Source: an uncultured virus (IMG/VR IMGVR_UViG_3300011906_000001)
Taxonomy: Duplodnaviria; Heunggongvirae; Uroviricota; Caudoviricetes
Strand: one strand, 5' to 3'
Virus record (IMG/VR): IMGVR_UViG_3300011906_000001
Span: 62,001 to 126,000 of that record
Length of the DNA: 64,000 bases
Within the stretch, counting starts at the first letter, position 1. Every line of letters begins with the position of its first letter. A program made the position numbers and the translations under genes. A model generated the notes under the pieces. It made no database searches, was not told where the DNA came from, and saw only the letters and a list, made by a program, of their open reading frames with translations. Positions 22,264 through 31,371 of this stretch are shown one piece after another.

Positions 22264-24255
22264 ATGAGGTTATACATGGCCGTTTCTGAGAAAAGTAAGA
22301 TTTGGCTAAAATACGCCTTTCTACTGCCCACCGATGAAAGCGCATTAAGTTACGGGTCTCAATCCAGAAGGCGCCATGCCACCAGTGCGGCCTTTAAATT
22401 CACTAACACCAGTTTAGGGGGCAATTACGCCATCAACAACCCCCCGCAGTTTACCAAATACTGCGACATCCGTCATCCAGGCCGGGGGCGGGATGAGGCG
22501 AATAAACACCAAGGGATGGGTCGGTATTATTCGGAAGCCATTGATGACCCCAAGCAGGTCATTCACATGAGCTTTGGCGTGCCTAAGTTTTCCTCCTGGA
22601 CCAGTTTTTTCACCAACTTCTACGATGTCAATGCAGCCATGCTGGCCAACAAAGGCACCGTAGGAGGGCTTTGGTATAACTTGGGTAATGCTGGGGGTTA
22701 TATTGTCTCCTTGCCTGCTCAACCCTTTATCATTGGCTTTACGGGGGTTAATCGGCTATTAAGCTTCTTAAGCAAATCCCAACCTTCGAAGTGGTATTAC
22801 TTTAAACCGACCATGCACAGTTATTGGTCAGCGGTCAATACCATTGCCAACGAGTTCGCGGTAAACTTAGGCATTGTTCCACGGGTCTTTGATCAATCGC
22901 AAGATGACCTTCAAGACCCTGGTATGAAGGTCACGGCTGAAGATCGCAAGCGCATGCATGAAATGTTCCCCGACCTGTTTCGCCCCGATGGGGGCATTGA
23001 TGTCATGGCCTTGGCCAACCGAACGCAACGGATGAGTGATGCTTCTCAAAAGGCCATGCGTAATCTCACGGCGCGGGCTAAAACGGTTAAGGAACTTAAT
23101 GCCACCATTAACCAATACACCCAAGAGAAGATTAAAGACCCTCAGCCTGATGCCGATGCCCGCAAATACTTCTTGGATTACATCAAGGTCGATAACGCCC
23201 AGGAAACCGAAACCTTAACAGGAGCAGATACCTTCAGCAGTTGGAGCGATTTAACTGGGGTATGGAACTTTGTCACGGCCAACCAGCATGATGGTAACCA
23301 GTTTGCGACTTTCCGAGTGGAACACACAGGGCCTTTGAGTGAAAGTTTCAGTAACTCAACGCGTCAGTCAGATATCGCCAGTCAGCTTAACTCCAAAATC
23401 AGCCAAGGTCGTAATGCCAGTTTTAACATGATGCAAGGCAGTATCACCGAAAGCATTGGGGCGGTGTTAAGTGGCCTTAGCAGCATGGCGGGTGGGGCCT
23501 TGGATTCGGTTAACCTAGGTGGCCTTCAAACCTTAACCGGATCGGCTTTCATTGACATCCCAGAACTCTGGGAAGGCTCCACTGCGCAAATGCCAACGGC
23601 GGATTACAAAATCAGTTTGCCATGTCCCTATGGCAATGTCATCAGTCGCTTTATCAACCTGTACATCCCCTTGGCCATGCTGTTACCAACGGTCCTACCC
23701 CTCTCAGCAGGACGGTCTGCGTACACCAGTCCGTTCCTCTGTCAGATCTACCACCAAGGGCGCGTGCAAAAGCAATTGGCACTGGTAGAAAGCATGTCCA
23801 TTACTCGGGGTACCGGTAACGTCGGTTGGAACGCCGAACATGACATGCTAGGCTGTGAAGTCACCTTAACGGTTAAAGACCTCTCCTCGATCATGCATGT
23901 GCCGATCAAGGCAGGCTTTGCCTCCAACAGCTGGGTGGGTACGGCTGCACGAGCAGGCTCTGCGTTAGTGGGGGAAGCCATCGGCGGGGATAAAGGCACA
24001 GCAGTTGCTCTGGCTGCAACTGATGGCGCAGTATGGGATGAACAAAGCCTGTTCTCTGATTACATGTCCGTCCTAACCTCTCTAAGCTTGGCGAATAACT
24101 ATTACATCGGCAAACGCATTAACTTGAACATGACAAGAACCCTTCAGGACTTTAAAACCTGGAGAAGCCCGTCTAACTTTATGAGTTGGGTCTTGGATGG
24201 GGAAGTGGCCCGTTTCCTCTCAGCCTTTACCCAAACCTCAGATCGCTTAGAATAA
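22264..24255 (+). CDS. virion/baseplate structural protein (phiKZ gp182-like)
   Basis: 663 aa; [19 protein letters not shown] and [12 protein letters not shown]; follows the gp181-like gene. Confidence 0.75.
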   Translation: MRLYMAVSEKSKIWLKYAFLLPTDESALSYGSQSRRRHATSAAFKFTNTSLGGNYAINNPPQFTKYCDIRHPGRGRDEANKHQGMGRYYSEAIDDPKQVIHMSFGVPKFSSWTSFFTNFYDVNAAMLANKGTVGGLWYNLGNAGGYIVSLPAQPFIIGFTGVNRLLSFLSKSQPSKWYYFKPTMHSYWSAVNTIANEFAVNLGIVPRVFDQSQDDLQDPGMKVTAEDRKRMHEMFPDLFRPDGGIDVMALANRTQRMSDASQKAMRNLTARAKTVKELNATINQYTQEKIKDPQPDADARKYFLDYIKVDNAQETETLTGADTFSSWSDLTGVWNFVTANQHDGNQFATFRVEHTGPLSESFSNSTRQSDIASQLNSKISQGRNASFNMMQGSITESIGAVLSGLSSMAGGALDSVNLGGLQTLTGSAFIDIPELWEGSTAQMPTADYKISLPCPYGNVISRFINLYIPLAMLLPTVLPLSAGRSAYTSPFLCQIYHQGRVQKQLALVESMSITRGTGNVGWNAEHDMLGCEVTLTVKDLSSIMHVPIKAGFASNSWVGTAARAGSALVGEAIGGDKGTAVALAATDGAVWDEQSLFSDYMSVLTSLSLANNYYIGKRINLNMTRTLQDFKTWRSPSNFMSWVLDGEVARFLSAFTQTSDRLE

Positions 24256-24311
24256 TAACGCACCTCACTTAACACGATTGTTTAATCTTTAAACATCAAT
24301 GGAGAATCAAC

Positions 24312-24560
24312 ATGAATCAATTTAAACGCCTGGTCAGAACGCTGTTAACGAGACTGATGCTCTATAGCCTACTGGGCAATCATAACAGGCCCTATCTCGA
24401 AGCCTTGGTTGAGAATGCAAAGCATGATAACCCAACCTTCTTTGCTCAGAAGGCTGAACTGTATCGGCATTTCAAATCCCAGCACGGCGATCATCTTAAT
24501 TATAACGAACTTAACTTGGCGGTTGAATTGGTTATTTCCCTGTCAGAAGAAACGGCTTAA
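24312..24560 (+). CDS. small hypothetical protein
   Basis: GGAG RBS; hairpin downstream. Confidence 0.65.
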   Translation: MNQFKRLVRTLLTRLMLYSLLGNHNRPYLEALVENAKHDNPTFFAQKAELYRHFKSQHGDHLNYNELNLAVELVISLSEETA

Positions 24561-25079
24561 TCTTAAGGCCCTTTTCCTATTATCAGGAGAAGGGCTTTAT
24601 GCCCTCTCCAATCTATCCTTTAAACCCCATTGTAAGCGTCTGTACGCTTTCCTATTAACCGTTTAGCGTCTAACCCATCCAACCCTACGGCTTATTAATC
24701 AATCGCTCTTAAATGAGCTTATATCTATTTTTAATTAATTTTAATAATTTGTTAAATAATGGCATAAGGGCCTTCCTCTAATGGGAAGGCCTAGTAGGGG
24801 GTTATATCCAATTTAAAGCTTCGCTTGGTTTATAAAGAAATAAGGATGATTAAAGCTTCAGGCTTTAATCCTAATAAAGCGTTTATTATATTTAAAGGCT
24901 ATGATGTCGGGCTTCGCCCTCCTTTTATTCAAGAAACCCCCCAAACCCCCCATGAGGTCCCCTTTTGAGGGATCAGGGATAGGCTAAACATCAGCCTAAG
25001 GTTTGGGGCTAAAGAACATAAATAATGCACTGTGAGTAAAGTTTATTTTAAAGAAGGTTAATTAAGCATTCCAATCACA

Positions 25080-25095
25080 TTGAAATCTATATCAC
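25080..25095 (+). promoter_or_regulatory. putative early promoter driving the tRNA
   Basis: TTGAAATCTATATCAC, 70 nt upstream of the tRNA. Confidence 0.6.
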
Positions 25096-25164
25096 CCCTA
25101 TGTAAAGTAATACCTCAGTAAGTATTACTATGTGAGAAGCTATCTCACAAACGGTAAAGAATCT

Positions 25165-25248
25165 GGGGGTTTGGTGGAATGGTAGACACAGCGGTTTTAA
25201 GCACCGCTGCTTAATAGCGTGAGAGTTCGAGTCTCTCAACCCCTACCA
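25165..25248 (+). tRNA. trnL: tRNA-Leu (anticodon UAA)
   Basis: Acceptor stem GGGGGTT/AACCCCT, D arm GTGGAATGGTAGACAC, anticodon arm GCGGT-TTTAAGC-ACCGC, long variable arm, T arm GAGAG-TTCGAGT-CTCTC, discriminator A and encoded CCA. Confidence 0.95.
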
Positions 25249-25383
25249 CATTTTCAATTCAGTTGTGTTCAATCTATTTAATAGGTCGAAACCGAAAGCC
25301 ATGACTGGATTGAGAACGCACACTCTTAATTTTATTAATTGTCCTGCACAGACATGATCGGAATGACGAGTGTGGTTAAAAAG

Positions 25384-25413
25384 CATAGTCCCTCCCTTCG
25401 GGGAGGGTTTATG
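25384..25413. terminator. terminator-like hairpin (CATA-CCCTCCC family)
   Basis: CCCTCCC-TTCG-GGGAGGG. Confidence 0.7.
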
Positions 25414-25460
25414 TCATCTATAAACTTAATTGAATCGCTAAGCAACCAAGAGAGCTAAGC

Positions 25461-25784
25461 ATGAAAGCCTACCCATTAACACAAGCTTCAACCGTTCAGT
25501 TCAGTTCCATTAAGCCTGAAAAGACTCAAGGGAGTTTAGGGCTAAGCCGTAAAAGCGATAAGGTTTATCATGAGGTGCTTTACTTCACGGTAGATGGGGA
25601 GTTCTTTGCCGATAAAGAATCGATCCTGTATCGGGACAAGATGACCTTTGAACGCGCTTTAAAGGAAGCGGTGATGCAGTATCACCATGATTCGGTTCAT
25701 GCAGGCAATGAGGTGTTGGTCAGGCGCATCAACTATGCCATGCGATATCGTAAAGTCATGGACAAGACCATGAGGAGGATTTAA
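25461..25784 (+). CDS. hypothetical protein
   Basis: 107-aa ORF abutting the next gene. Confidence 0.65.
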   Translation: MKAYPLTQASTVQFSSIKPEKTQGSLGLSRKSDKVYHEVLYFTVDGEFFADKESILYRDKMTFERALKEAVMQYHHDSVHAGNEVLVRRINYAMRYRKVMDKTMRRI

Positions 25785-25786
25785 CC

Positions 25787-26266
25787 ATGGCAGTTTATGA
25801 AATGCCTCATGGAACCTTTGTCACAGGTTTGGGGATCGTTGATGTTCCCAAATACATCAACTACAGGGCGAGCATTAATGCCTGGGTGATCAGTAAGACC
25901 CCAGAGATTCAGGTGGATCGTTACACCTTCAAAGACCGCGATTACATCAATACCGGCTATGCATTGAAAGCGGCTATTAATGAACTGTCTAAAACCCACA
26001 GGCTTCAACGTAAAAAGCGCAGCCTTAATAAGCATGAACGAAAGGATAAGATTATCCTGACAGGTTACCCTGGAATTATGCGCAGGATTCAGTACAAAAG
26101 AGGGCAATGGCAACACACGTTCAGTGTATACAACCCAGCAGATGAATGCATTGTGTATATCTACATCGGTACTCAAAATACCTATCAGAAACATTACTAC
26201 GAGGCCTTAGATAAAGCCAAAGCCATTCGCTTTGAAGCCGTTGAACGTTATTACCAAATGCCTTGA
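25787..26266 (+). CDS. hypothetical protein, possibly AP2-like DNA-binding
   Basis: GAGGA RBS; basic; TGYPGI...EALDKAKAIR resembles an AP2-like end. Confidence 0.55.
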   Translation: MAVYEMPHGTFVTGLGIVDVPKYINYRASINAWVISKTPEIQVDRYTFKDRDYINTGYALKAAINELSKTHRLQRKKRSLNKHERKDKIILTGYPGIMRRIQYKRGQWQHTFSVYNPADECIVYIYIGTQNTYQKHYYEALDKAKAIRFEAVERYYQMP

Positions 26267-26277
26267 TTGAAACGAAA

Positions 26278-26293
26278 CTAAGGCCTATATCAC
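26278..26293 (+). promoter_or_regulatory. putative early promoter
   Basis: CTAAGGCCTATATCAC, intergenic. Confidence 0.55.
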
Positions 26294-26374
26294 ACAAGGG
26301 CAAACACCGTAGAAGAATTACCACCCACTTCTATGCTTTAGCTAATCATTCAAACCCACGAAAGGATAACACCC

Positions 26375-26797
26375 ATGAGCAAGAACACCGAACTCAAAAG
26401 CCGCGTCTTTATCGAAAAGCACGGCCTGGATGAAAAAATTCAGATCAACGAGAAGGGTCTGTTCAACCTTCCAGATGACCTGCATGAAAGCATCGTATTG
26501 GCCGATGCGGGTGTCACCCTTGAGCAATTGAAAAAGGTTCAGAAAACCGAATCTGAATTACTGGCCGCCACCGCATTGCTTGCCGGCGAGAAAACTGCCG
26601 TGGCCTTCAAAGAAAACCCTGAACTGACCGAAACTGCGTTGAGCTATTCGATTGGCTCAACCCAAACCGCGTCGATTGTCTTTAGCCGTGATAACAAAGA
26701 TCACATGGTCGCAGCGGTTGAAACTAAAGTCAAGAGTGCTGAGTTCAAGCGTGTAGCCAGTCACCTCAATAGCCTGTTCGATGACATCAACAGCTAA
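26375..26797 (+). CDS. hypothetical protein (phiKZ-like)
   Basis: AAGGA RBS; has its own promoter and terminator. Confidence 0.75.
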   Translation: MSKNTELKSRVFIEKHGLDEKIQINEKGLFNLPDDLHESIVLADAGVTLEQLKKVQKTESELLAATALLAGEKTAVAFKENPELTETALSYSIGSTQTASIVFSRDNKDHMVAAVETKVKSAEFKRVASHLNSLFDDINS

Positions 26798-26808
26798 TGA
26801 GTACCATT

Positions 26809-26839
26809 ATAAAGGGATCTATAGATCCCTTTATTTTTT
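26809..26839 (+). terminator. rho-independent terminator (perfect 26-bp palindrome)
   Basis: ATAAAGGGATCTATAGATCCCTTTAT followed by TTTTT. Confidence 0.75.
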
Positions 26840-26862
26840 GATAAACCAAAAACCTGTTAGGA

Positions 26863-27852
26863 ATGAAACACATGAAAGGGTTGTTTGTTGTACTTGAGGG
26901 TATGGACTTCTCAGGCAAGACCACACAACGTGAACTTGTAGCCTCTCTTCTGGAAAGTCGCGGCTATGAAGTGGTTCAAACGCGTGAACCAGGTGGTACA
27001 CCCGCCGCTGAACAGATTCGCAGCGTCTTTCTAAACGGTGAGTTCACGCCAATGGGTGAGCTCATGCTGGTACAAGCAGCCCGTGCTGAACATGTACATA
27101 ATTTAATTATCCCAGCGCTTAAGCGCGGGGCGATTGTTCTATGTGATCGTTTCTTTCTATCGACCTATGCTTGGCAAGTTCATCCCTACGTGACTGAAGA
27201 CGATCAGCAGATTCTAGGCCTCTTTGGGGAATCGCTTAAATTCATCATCGATGGGATTGAAGAAACTGTTCAGATCTTTCTGGATGTCCCTAAAGCTGTT
27301 CGTGATGAACGTTATAAAGCTGAAGGCGCACGCAATCCGTTGGATGAACGCCCTGCTGAATTTATGGCTAAGGTTGAAGAAGCCTATGACATCATTAAGC
27401 GTTCAGATGACATTGTTTATGTGGATGCTAATCGTCCAATTGAAGAAGTCACCAGCCAGCTCATTGATATCATCGAACAAGCCCTGATTGAACAGGATGA
27501 ACTCAGTAAAGCATCTACTGAAACCACCCAATCCACTAAATCTGAAGAAGTTCAACTCGATCCACAACCTGTTCAACCCCTGCCTGAGTTGTTCGATTTC
27601 TTGAAAGCTTCTATCGACAAACATTTCTCAGACCTTGGCTTGTCGATGTTGCTATCCCCTGAGCTATTGGAAAAATGGAAAGTGGTGGCGCTTCAAAAGA
27701 GCACGCCGCTTAAGGCTGAGCTTGAAGAAAAGGGTCTTGAAGGTCGTGAGCTTTATGGACAACTCGACGGCGGCATGCGTTGGATTGCTCAGCTGGCGTA
27801 CAACCATGAAATGGCCAATCAGATGTTGAACCCTGTCAAAACTGAAGGTTAA
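26863..27852 (+). CDS. tmk: thymidylate kinase with C-terminal extension
   Basis: FVVLEGMDFSGKTT P-loop, TREPGGT, VLCDRF..STYA.Q. Confidence 0.92.
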   Translation: MKHMKGLFVVLEGMDFSGKTTQRELVASLLESRGYEVVQTREPGGTPAAEQIRSVFLNGEFTPMGELMLVQAARAEHVHNLIIPALKRGAIVLCDRFFLSTYAWQVHPYVTEDDQQILGLFGESLKFIIDGIEETVQIFLDVPKAVRDERYKAEGARNPLDERPAEFMAKVEEAYDIIKRSDDIVYVDANRPIEEVTSQLIDIIEQALIEQDELSKASTETTQSTKSEEVQLDPQPVQPLPELFDFLKASIDKHFSDLGLSMLLSPELLEKWKVVALQKSTPLKAELEEKGLEGRELYGQLDGGMRWIAQLAYNHEMANQMLNPVKTEG

Positions 27853-27863
27853 GGACCTTATTA

Positions 27864-28097
27864 ATGACTAAATCGACCTTGTCGTTGAAAAACCAAGACG
27901 CCGAAGCCACTCCCATGAATGAGGGGTTGGATAAGCTTATTGGGAAAACCTTCGAGAAAAGCCGCTTTGGTAATGTGGTGCGTGCCGAGTTGATCGAAGT
28001 CGGTCGTCGGGATGTACTGTTGAAAGAAAAGGATCGGGTTGATTCTTTTACCGTGTCGATTAAAGAACTGAAGAAGTTCTATAAACAGATCGACTAA
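27864..28097 (+). CDS. small hypothetical protein
   Basis: AAGGA RBS; hairpin downstream. Confidence 0.65.
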   Translation: MTKSTLSLKNQDAEATPMNEGLDKLIGKTFEKSRFGNVVRAELIEVGRRDVLLKEKDRVDSFTVSIKELKKFYKQID

Positions 28098-28100
28098 CCT

Positions 28101-28134
28101 CATAATCCCTCCCCAGTGCAGGGGAGGGATTATG
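28101..28134. terminator. terminator-like hairpin
   Basis: Perfect CATAATCCCTCCCC/GGGGAGGGATTATG stem. Confidence 0.75.
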
Positions 28135-28155
28135 CCCATTAGAGAGTTAAGGCTC

Positions 28156-28386
28156 ATGGTACGTCCTAATACTGGCAATACGCTTAAAATCGGATCATTA
28201 GTTGAATTAATTAACGAGACCAGTGGCTATACTGAAACGTATGTTGTTAAAAAGCCATTTAACTTCAACACCATGACTATTGATTTAGGGCTTAATAAGG
28301 CGTTTAGCAAATTGACTTACCTGGAACTGATGGGGGTATTTGATTATTTGATACGAAGAGACTACATCGCCCCTAAAGTTGATTGA
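28156..28386 (+). CDS. small hypothetical protein
   Basis: TAAGG RBS before the ATG at 28156. Confidence 0.55.
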   Translation: MVRPNTGNTLKIGSLVELINETSGYTETYVVKKPFNFNTMTIDLGLNKAFSKLTYLELMGVFDYLIRRDYIAPKVD

Positions 28387-28393
28387 AACACAA

Positions 28394-28409
28394 TTAAGAA
28401 CTATATCAC
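28394..28409 (+). promoter_or_regulatory. putative early promoter
   Basis: TTAAGAACTATATCAC, intergenic. Confidence 0.55.
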
Positions 28410-28440
28410 ACATGCGTGTGATCTGCGCAGACAGGTAATT

Positions 28441-28746
28441 ATGCCGATGATAGAAGTAGAATCCAGTTATCGTTTCCTCTATCTTCGCCGTGATGAAGAT
28501 GAACTTTATGTCGGGTATGACTACGATGGCATGAAGGCGCTGATCATTGAGAAAGGTGATGAATACTGTTACTTGATTGTTGATCTTAAAGGTGAGAAGC
28601 ACATGCTGCTCATCAGTCCTAAACTGGTTTCTTTGAAAAAGGATACAGACAAAAAGAAAATTGCGACCGATTTATATTTAGACTATTGTCAACAGCTGCG
28701 TAATGAGCGGGAAATACTCTGCTTATTTGAACAGGTCAACACTTAG
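28441..28746 (+). CDS. hypothetical protein
   Basis: AGGT RBS; 101 aa. Confidence 0.65.
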   Translation: MPMIEVESSYRFLYLRRDEDELYVGYDYDGMKALIIEKGDEYCYLIVDLKGEKHMLLISPKLVSLKKDTDKKKIATDLYLDYCQQLRNEREILCLFEQVNT

Positions 28747-28775
28747 TAACGATTAAGCTTTACCCTAAACCACTT

Positions 28776-29117
28776 ATGGAAACTGTTATGAAACTCATTT
28801 GCCGTATGATGTGCTATTTTCTTCTCGTCATGGGAACCACGCTGGCCACTGTTGCAGCAATGGCCGCCGAAGGACCCACCATGACTGATGTTCAAATCTT
28901 CATTGGGCCAGAGGAACTGTATTCAGAGTCTCAGGTCTGGAACGTCTGGTGTGATGACGCCTTACAATGCACCTTGGGAGGTGCTGCTGTTTCGGCCAAT
29001 GAACTCTTTCAGTTGATGCCTGTTGCGACATGGGGCTATTGCGCTGGGTTGTTTTGCTATGGGACTAAACAGCAAAGCGATATCTTAGGATTGAATCCTT
29101 TGTACTTCACGCCATAA
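28776..29117 (+). CDS. Cys-rich protein with signal peptide
   Basis: N-terminal hydrophobic stretch ending AAMA; four Cys in the mature part. Confidence 0.6.
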   Translation: METVMKLICRMMCYFLLVMGTTLATVAAMAAEGPTMTDVQIFIGPEELYSESQVWNVWCDDALQCTLGGAAVSANELFQLMPVATWGYCAGLFCYGTKQQSDILGLNPLYFTP

Positions 29118-29140
29118 AGAAATACCCACAATCCCTTATG

Positions 29141-29830
29141 TTATACACCCAGCCTATTACCCGTCCGTGTAGGCGTTGATTGATAGAGTCTAAGGTCAAC
29201 TAATTGGGTGGTCATCTAAGGAAGGTTCGTTGGGTTTCCTCATCCTTTGATTTGACTCACAGCCTGCACACTCGGCCCGTCCTTCCGAGGTATGTAGGTT
29301 AGTTGCGCATTTGGTCCGCTGCCTTGGTCGCCCGCCATCTTGCGTTTGATAAAGTGCGCAGCCGTCAGTTCATCTTCGGGTGAACTGGTGGATGTTCATT
29401 TAGAGTGTAGTAAGTACACGGCTACTTGGCCCTTTTAACTCACGGTGTAGAAAAGGGTTTCGTTAAACAAGTAGAGGAAGCTACTGTTCAGCCTGTCAAG
29501 CTGAGAACCGGATGGGATTCAATGGCTTTGTGACAAAAGCTCTTGGATTCAAGTCGTTATGAATATCCGTCTTTAGACAACTCTGACCACCCCCGCCGGG
29601 GTTCCCACTCGATGCGTTTGAAGGCCTTATTCATCGCGGCCGTTTGTGTGTATTGAACTGTTAGGGGTTCCTGATGGTTAAGCAGGCCAGCCTTTACACA
29701 CAAGCGTTTATAATTTCTGAATGGGCATTTGTTCATTCAACTGTTTGGGTTCCTTCTTATTGTCTGGTAAGAGGCTTCCTTTATGGAAGGCGGTGACGAA
29801 GGTGTCAGGCAGGAAGCCTTAGATCCCCAT
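29141..29830 (+). ncRNA. putative large structured non-coding RNA (about 690 nt)
   Basis: No ORF of 60 aa or more; over 12 helices, many with G.U pairs on the + strand; a UUCG hairpin; long-range ATCTAAGG/CCTTAGAT closing helix; terminator-like hairpin downstream. Confidence 0.7.
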
Positions 29831-29865
29831 CAACACCTAAGATATCCGTGTAACCCACCCAACGT

Positions 29866-29896
29866 AGTCCCTTCCCTTAATTGGGAAGGGGTTATG
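29866..29896. terminator. terminator-like hairpin downstream of the putative ncRNA
   Basis: CCCTTCCC-TTAATT-GGGAAGGG..TTATG. Confidence 0.65.
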
Positions 29897-29929
29897 TCCA
29901 TTATAAACCTTCAATGGAACTGATTTACA

Positions 29930-30271
29930 ATGTATAGAAAACGTTTTGATAGCCGCACCGCTGATAAATTTGTCATCAGAATGCCTGATGGCATGCGCGG
30001 GCGAGTGATGGAAATCGCCCGCGCACAGCGCCGTTCCATGAACAATGTCCTGTTGCAATTCCTTGAGAAGGAATTGCTTGCTGCTGAACAGCACACCAAT
30101 ACCTGGATTCCATCTATCGGTCAAGCGGTTATGCATTCGGATGGAATTCTCTGGGTGATAAAAGGATTCGATTTAGAAGGAAACGAAGTACGGCTTCAGC
30201 TGTATAACGATCGTTATGGGTCTATTAAGGTAGACCCTAAAGACTGTAAACCGTATTGCGTTAACCTATAA
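29930..30271 (+). CDS. Arc/ribbon-helix-helix DNA-binding protein, AmrZ(AlgZ)-like
   Basis: SRTADKFVIRMPDGMR..V..IAR...RSMN closely matches the N-terminal RHH domain of Pseudomonas AmrZ. Confidence 0.85.
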   Translation: MYRKRFDSRTADKFVIRMPDGMRGRVMEIARAQRRSMNNVLLQFLEKELLAAEQHTNTWIPSIGQAVMHSDGILWVIKGFDLEGNEVRLQLYNDRYGSIKVDPKDCKPYCVNL

Positions 30272-30342
30272 CCAAAAAACAACCGAAAAGAGAGATGATC
30301 AAGTGTCTCTCTTTTCAACTGAGTAATAGAGGTTCATAAACC

Positions 30343-30834
30343 ATGGGACTGTATTTTAAGACGCAAGAGGATCTGGATCAAGCCATCGGTAACGGAGGGG
30401 TCATTGGTATGTTAGACACCCTTGAAGCTGACGGTGATATTCCTCGGGCAATTGGCGATTGGAGTATTCGACTGGCACCATCTGATCAACGCAATAAAAC
30501 CGTTATTGTAGCGGTTCCCACAAACAGCCGCACGCGTGAGATTTATCATCAAGGCCGTCATAAATGGCTGTTGTCCTTAGGGTACAATGATCAATTGGCG
30601 GGTCAATACATCAAAGCCAGCGCTGGCGTGATGTACCGGTGGGAAGAGGTGGTCGCCCGCTTTGTATTGGCCAACATCAAGATGGATACCGAAACCTGGT
30701 ACGATATCAAAGAGGCGGATAATCCACTGGAGAAAGCGCAATCGTTTAATATTGAAGTTGCTATTGCCCGAAGCCGTCTCCAAGCGGCGATGGGGATTTT
30801 GATGAACATCTGGGAATTACCTCCCAAAGCCTAA
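30343..30834 (+). CDS. hypothetical protein
   Basis: GAGGT RBS; terminator at 30835-30880. Confidence 0.7.
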   Translation: MGLYFKTQEDLDQAIGNGGVIGMLDTLEADGDIPRAIGDWSIRLAPSDQRNKTVIVAVPTNSRTREIYHQGRHKWLLSLGYNDQLAGQYIKASAGVMYRWEEVVARFVLANIKMDTETWYDIKEADNPLEKAQSFNIEVAIARSRLQAAMGILMNIWELPPKA

Positions 30835-30925
30835 CATAAAGCCCTCCCATAACGGGAGGGCTTATGGTTTATTTTTTTGTTTTATCAACGATGTTATGTA
30901 TCTTGTTTGAGGAATAGGCGTTTAT

Positions 30926-31357
30926 ATGAACCTTTTTTGCGATTGTGAGTTTAACTCCAATAATGGTGGACTGATTTCACTTGCACTCGTTAGCGAAGAT
31001 GGCACGCGTGAGTTCTATGAGGTGGTTGAATGCAATGAGCCTCTTGATCCATGGGTGGCTGAGAACGTGATTCCGAAGCTTCATAAAGACCCAGTTCCTT
31101 ATTCGGTATTTCAAGCCTTGCTCAAACGCTTCCTAGGACAATTTGCAGGGGTTCATGTTATTGTTAACCATCCCAATGATGTTGTCTATTTTAGCAAAGC
31201 GCTGCTTAAGACAGCGGGCGAATGGATAATGGTGCAGCCACTGACGTTTGAGATTGACGATGAGTTGTCTTCTAAGCAATCGACCATTCTTCATAACGCT
31301 TTAGCCGATGCCGTGGCCACTCGGGATAGCTGGTTTAAGAAACATGGATTTATTTAA
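30926..31357 (+). CDS. DEDD-family 3'-5' exonuclease-like protein (Rv2179c/DUF5051-like)
   Basis: FCDCEF...LISLALV...EFY, WVAENVIP, HNALADA. Confidence 0.75.
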   Translation: MNLFCDCEFNSNNGGLISLALVSEDGTREFYEVVECNEPLDPWVAENVIPKLHKDPVPYSVFQALLKRFLGQFAGVHVIVNHPNDVVYFSKALLKTAGEWIMVQPLTFEIDDELSSKQSTILHNALADAVATRDSWFKKHGFI

Positions 31358-31371
31358 AAGGCCCCTTTATC

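Noticed and set aside
15474..24255. Many short antisense and alternative-frame ORFs within the long genes (also 465-1004, 1206-1655, 46120-46698)
   Set aside because: These are shadow ORFs overlapping well-supported genes, with no RBS or recognisable motifs.
29141..29830. Group I/II intron, tmRNA, RNase P or rRNA identity for the structured region
   Set aside because: No interrupted gene, P/Q/R/S core, GUGCG start or domain V, tRNA-like ends with a tag ORF, or RNase P GAGGAAAGUCC was recognised by eye. An Rfam search is still needed.
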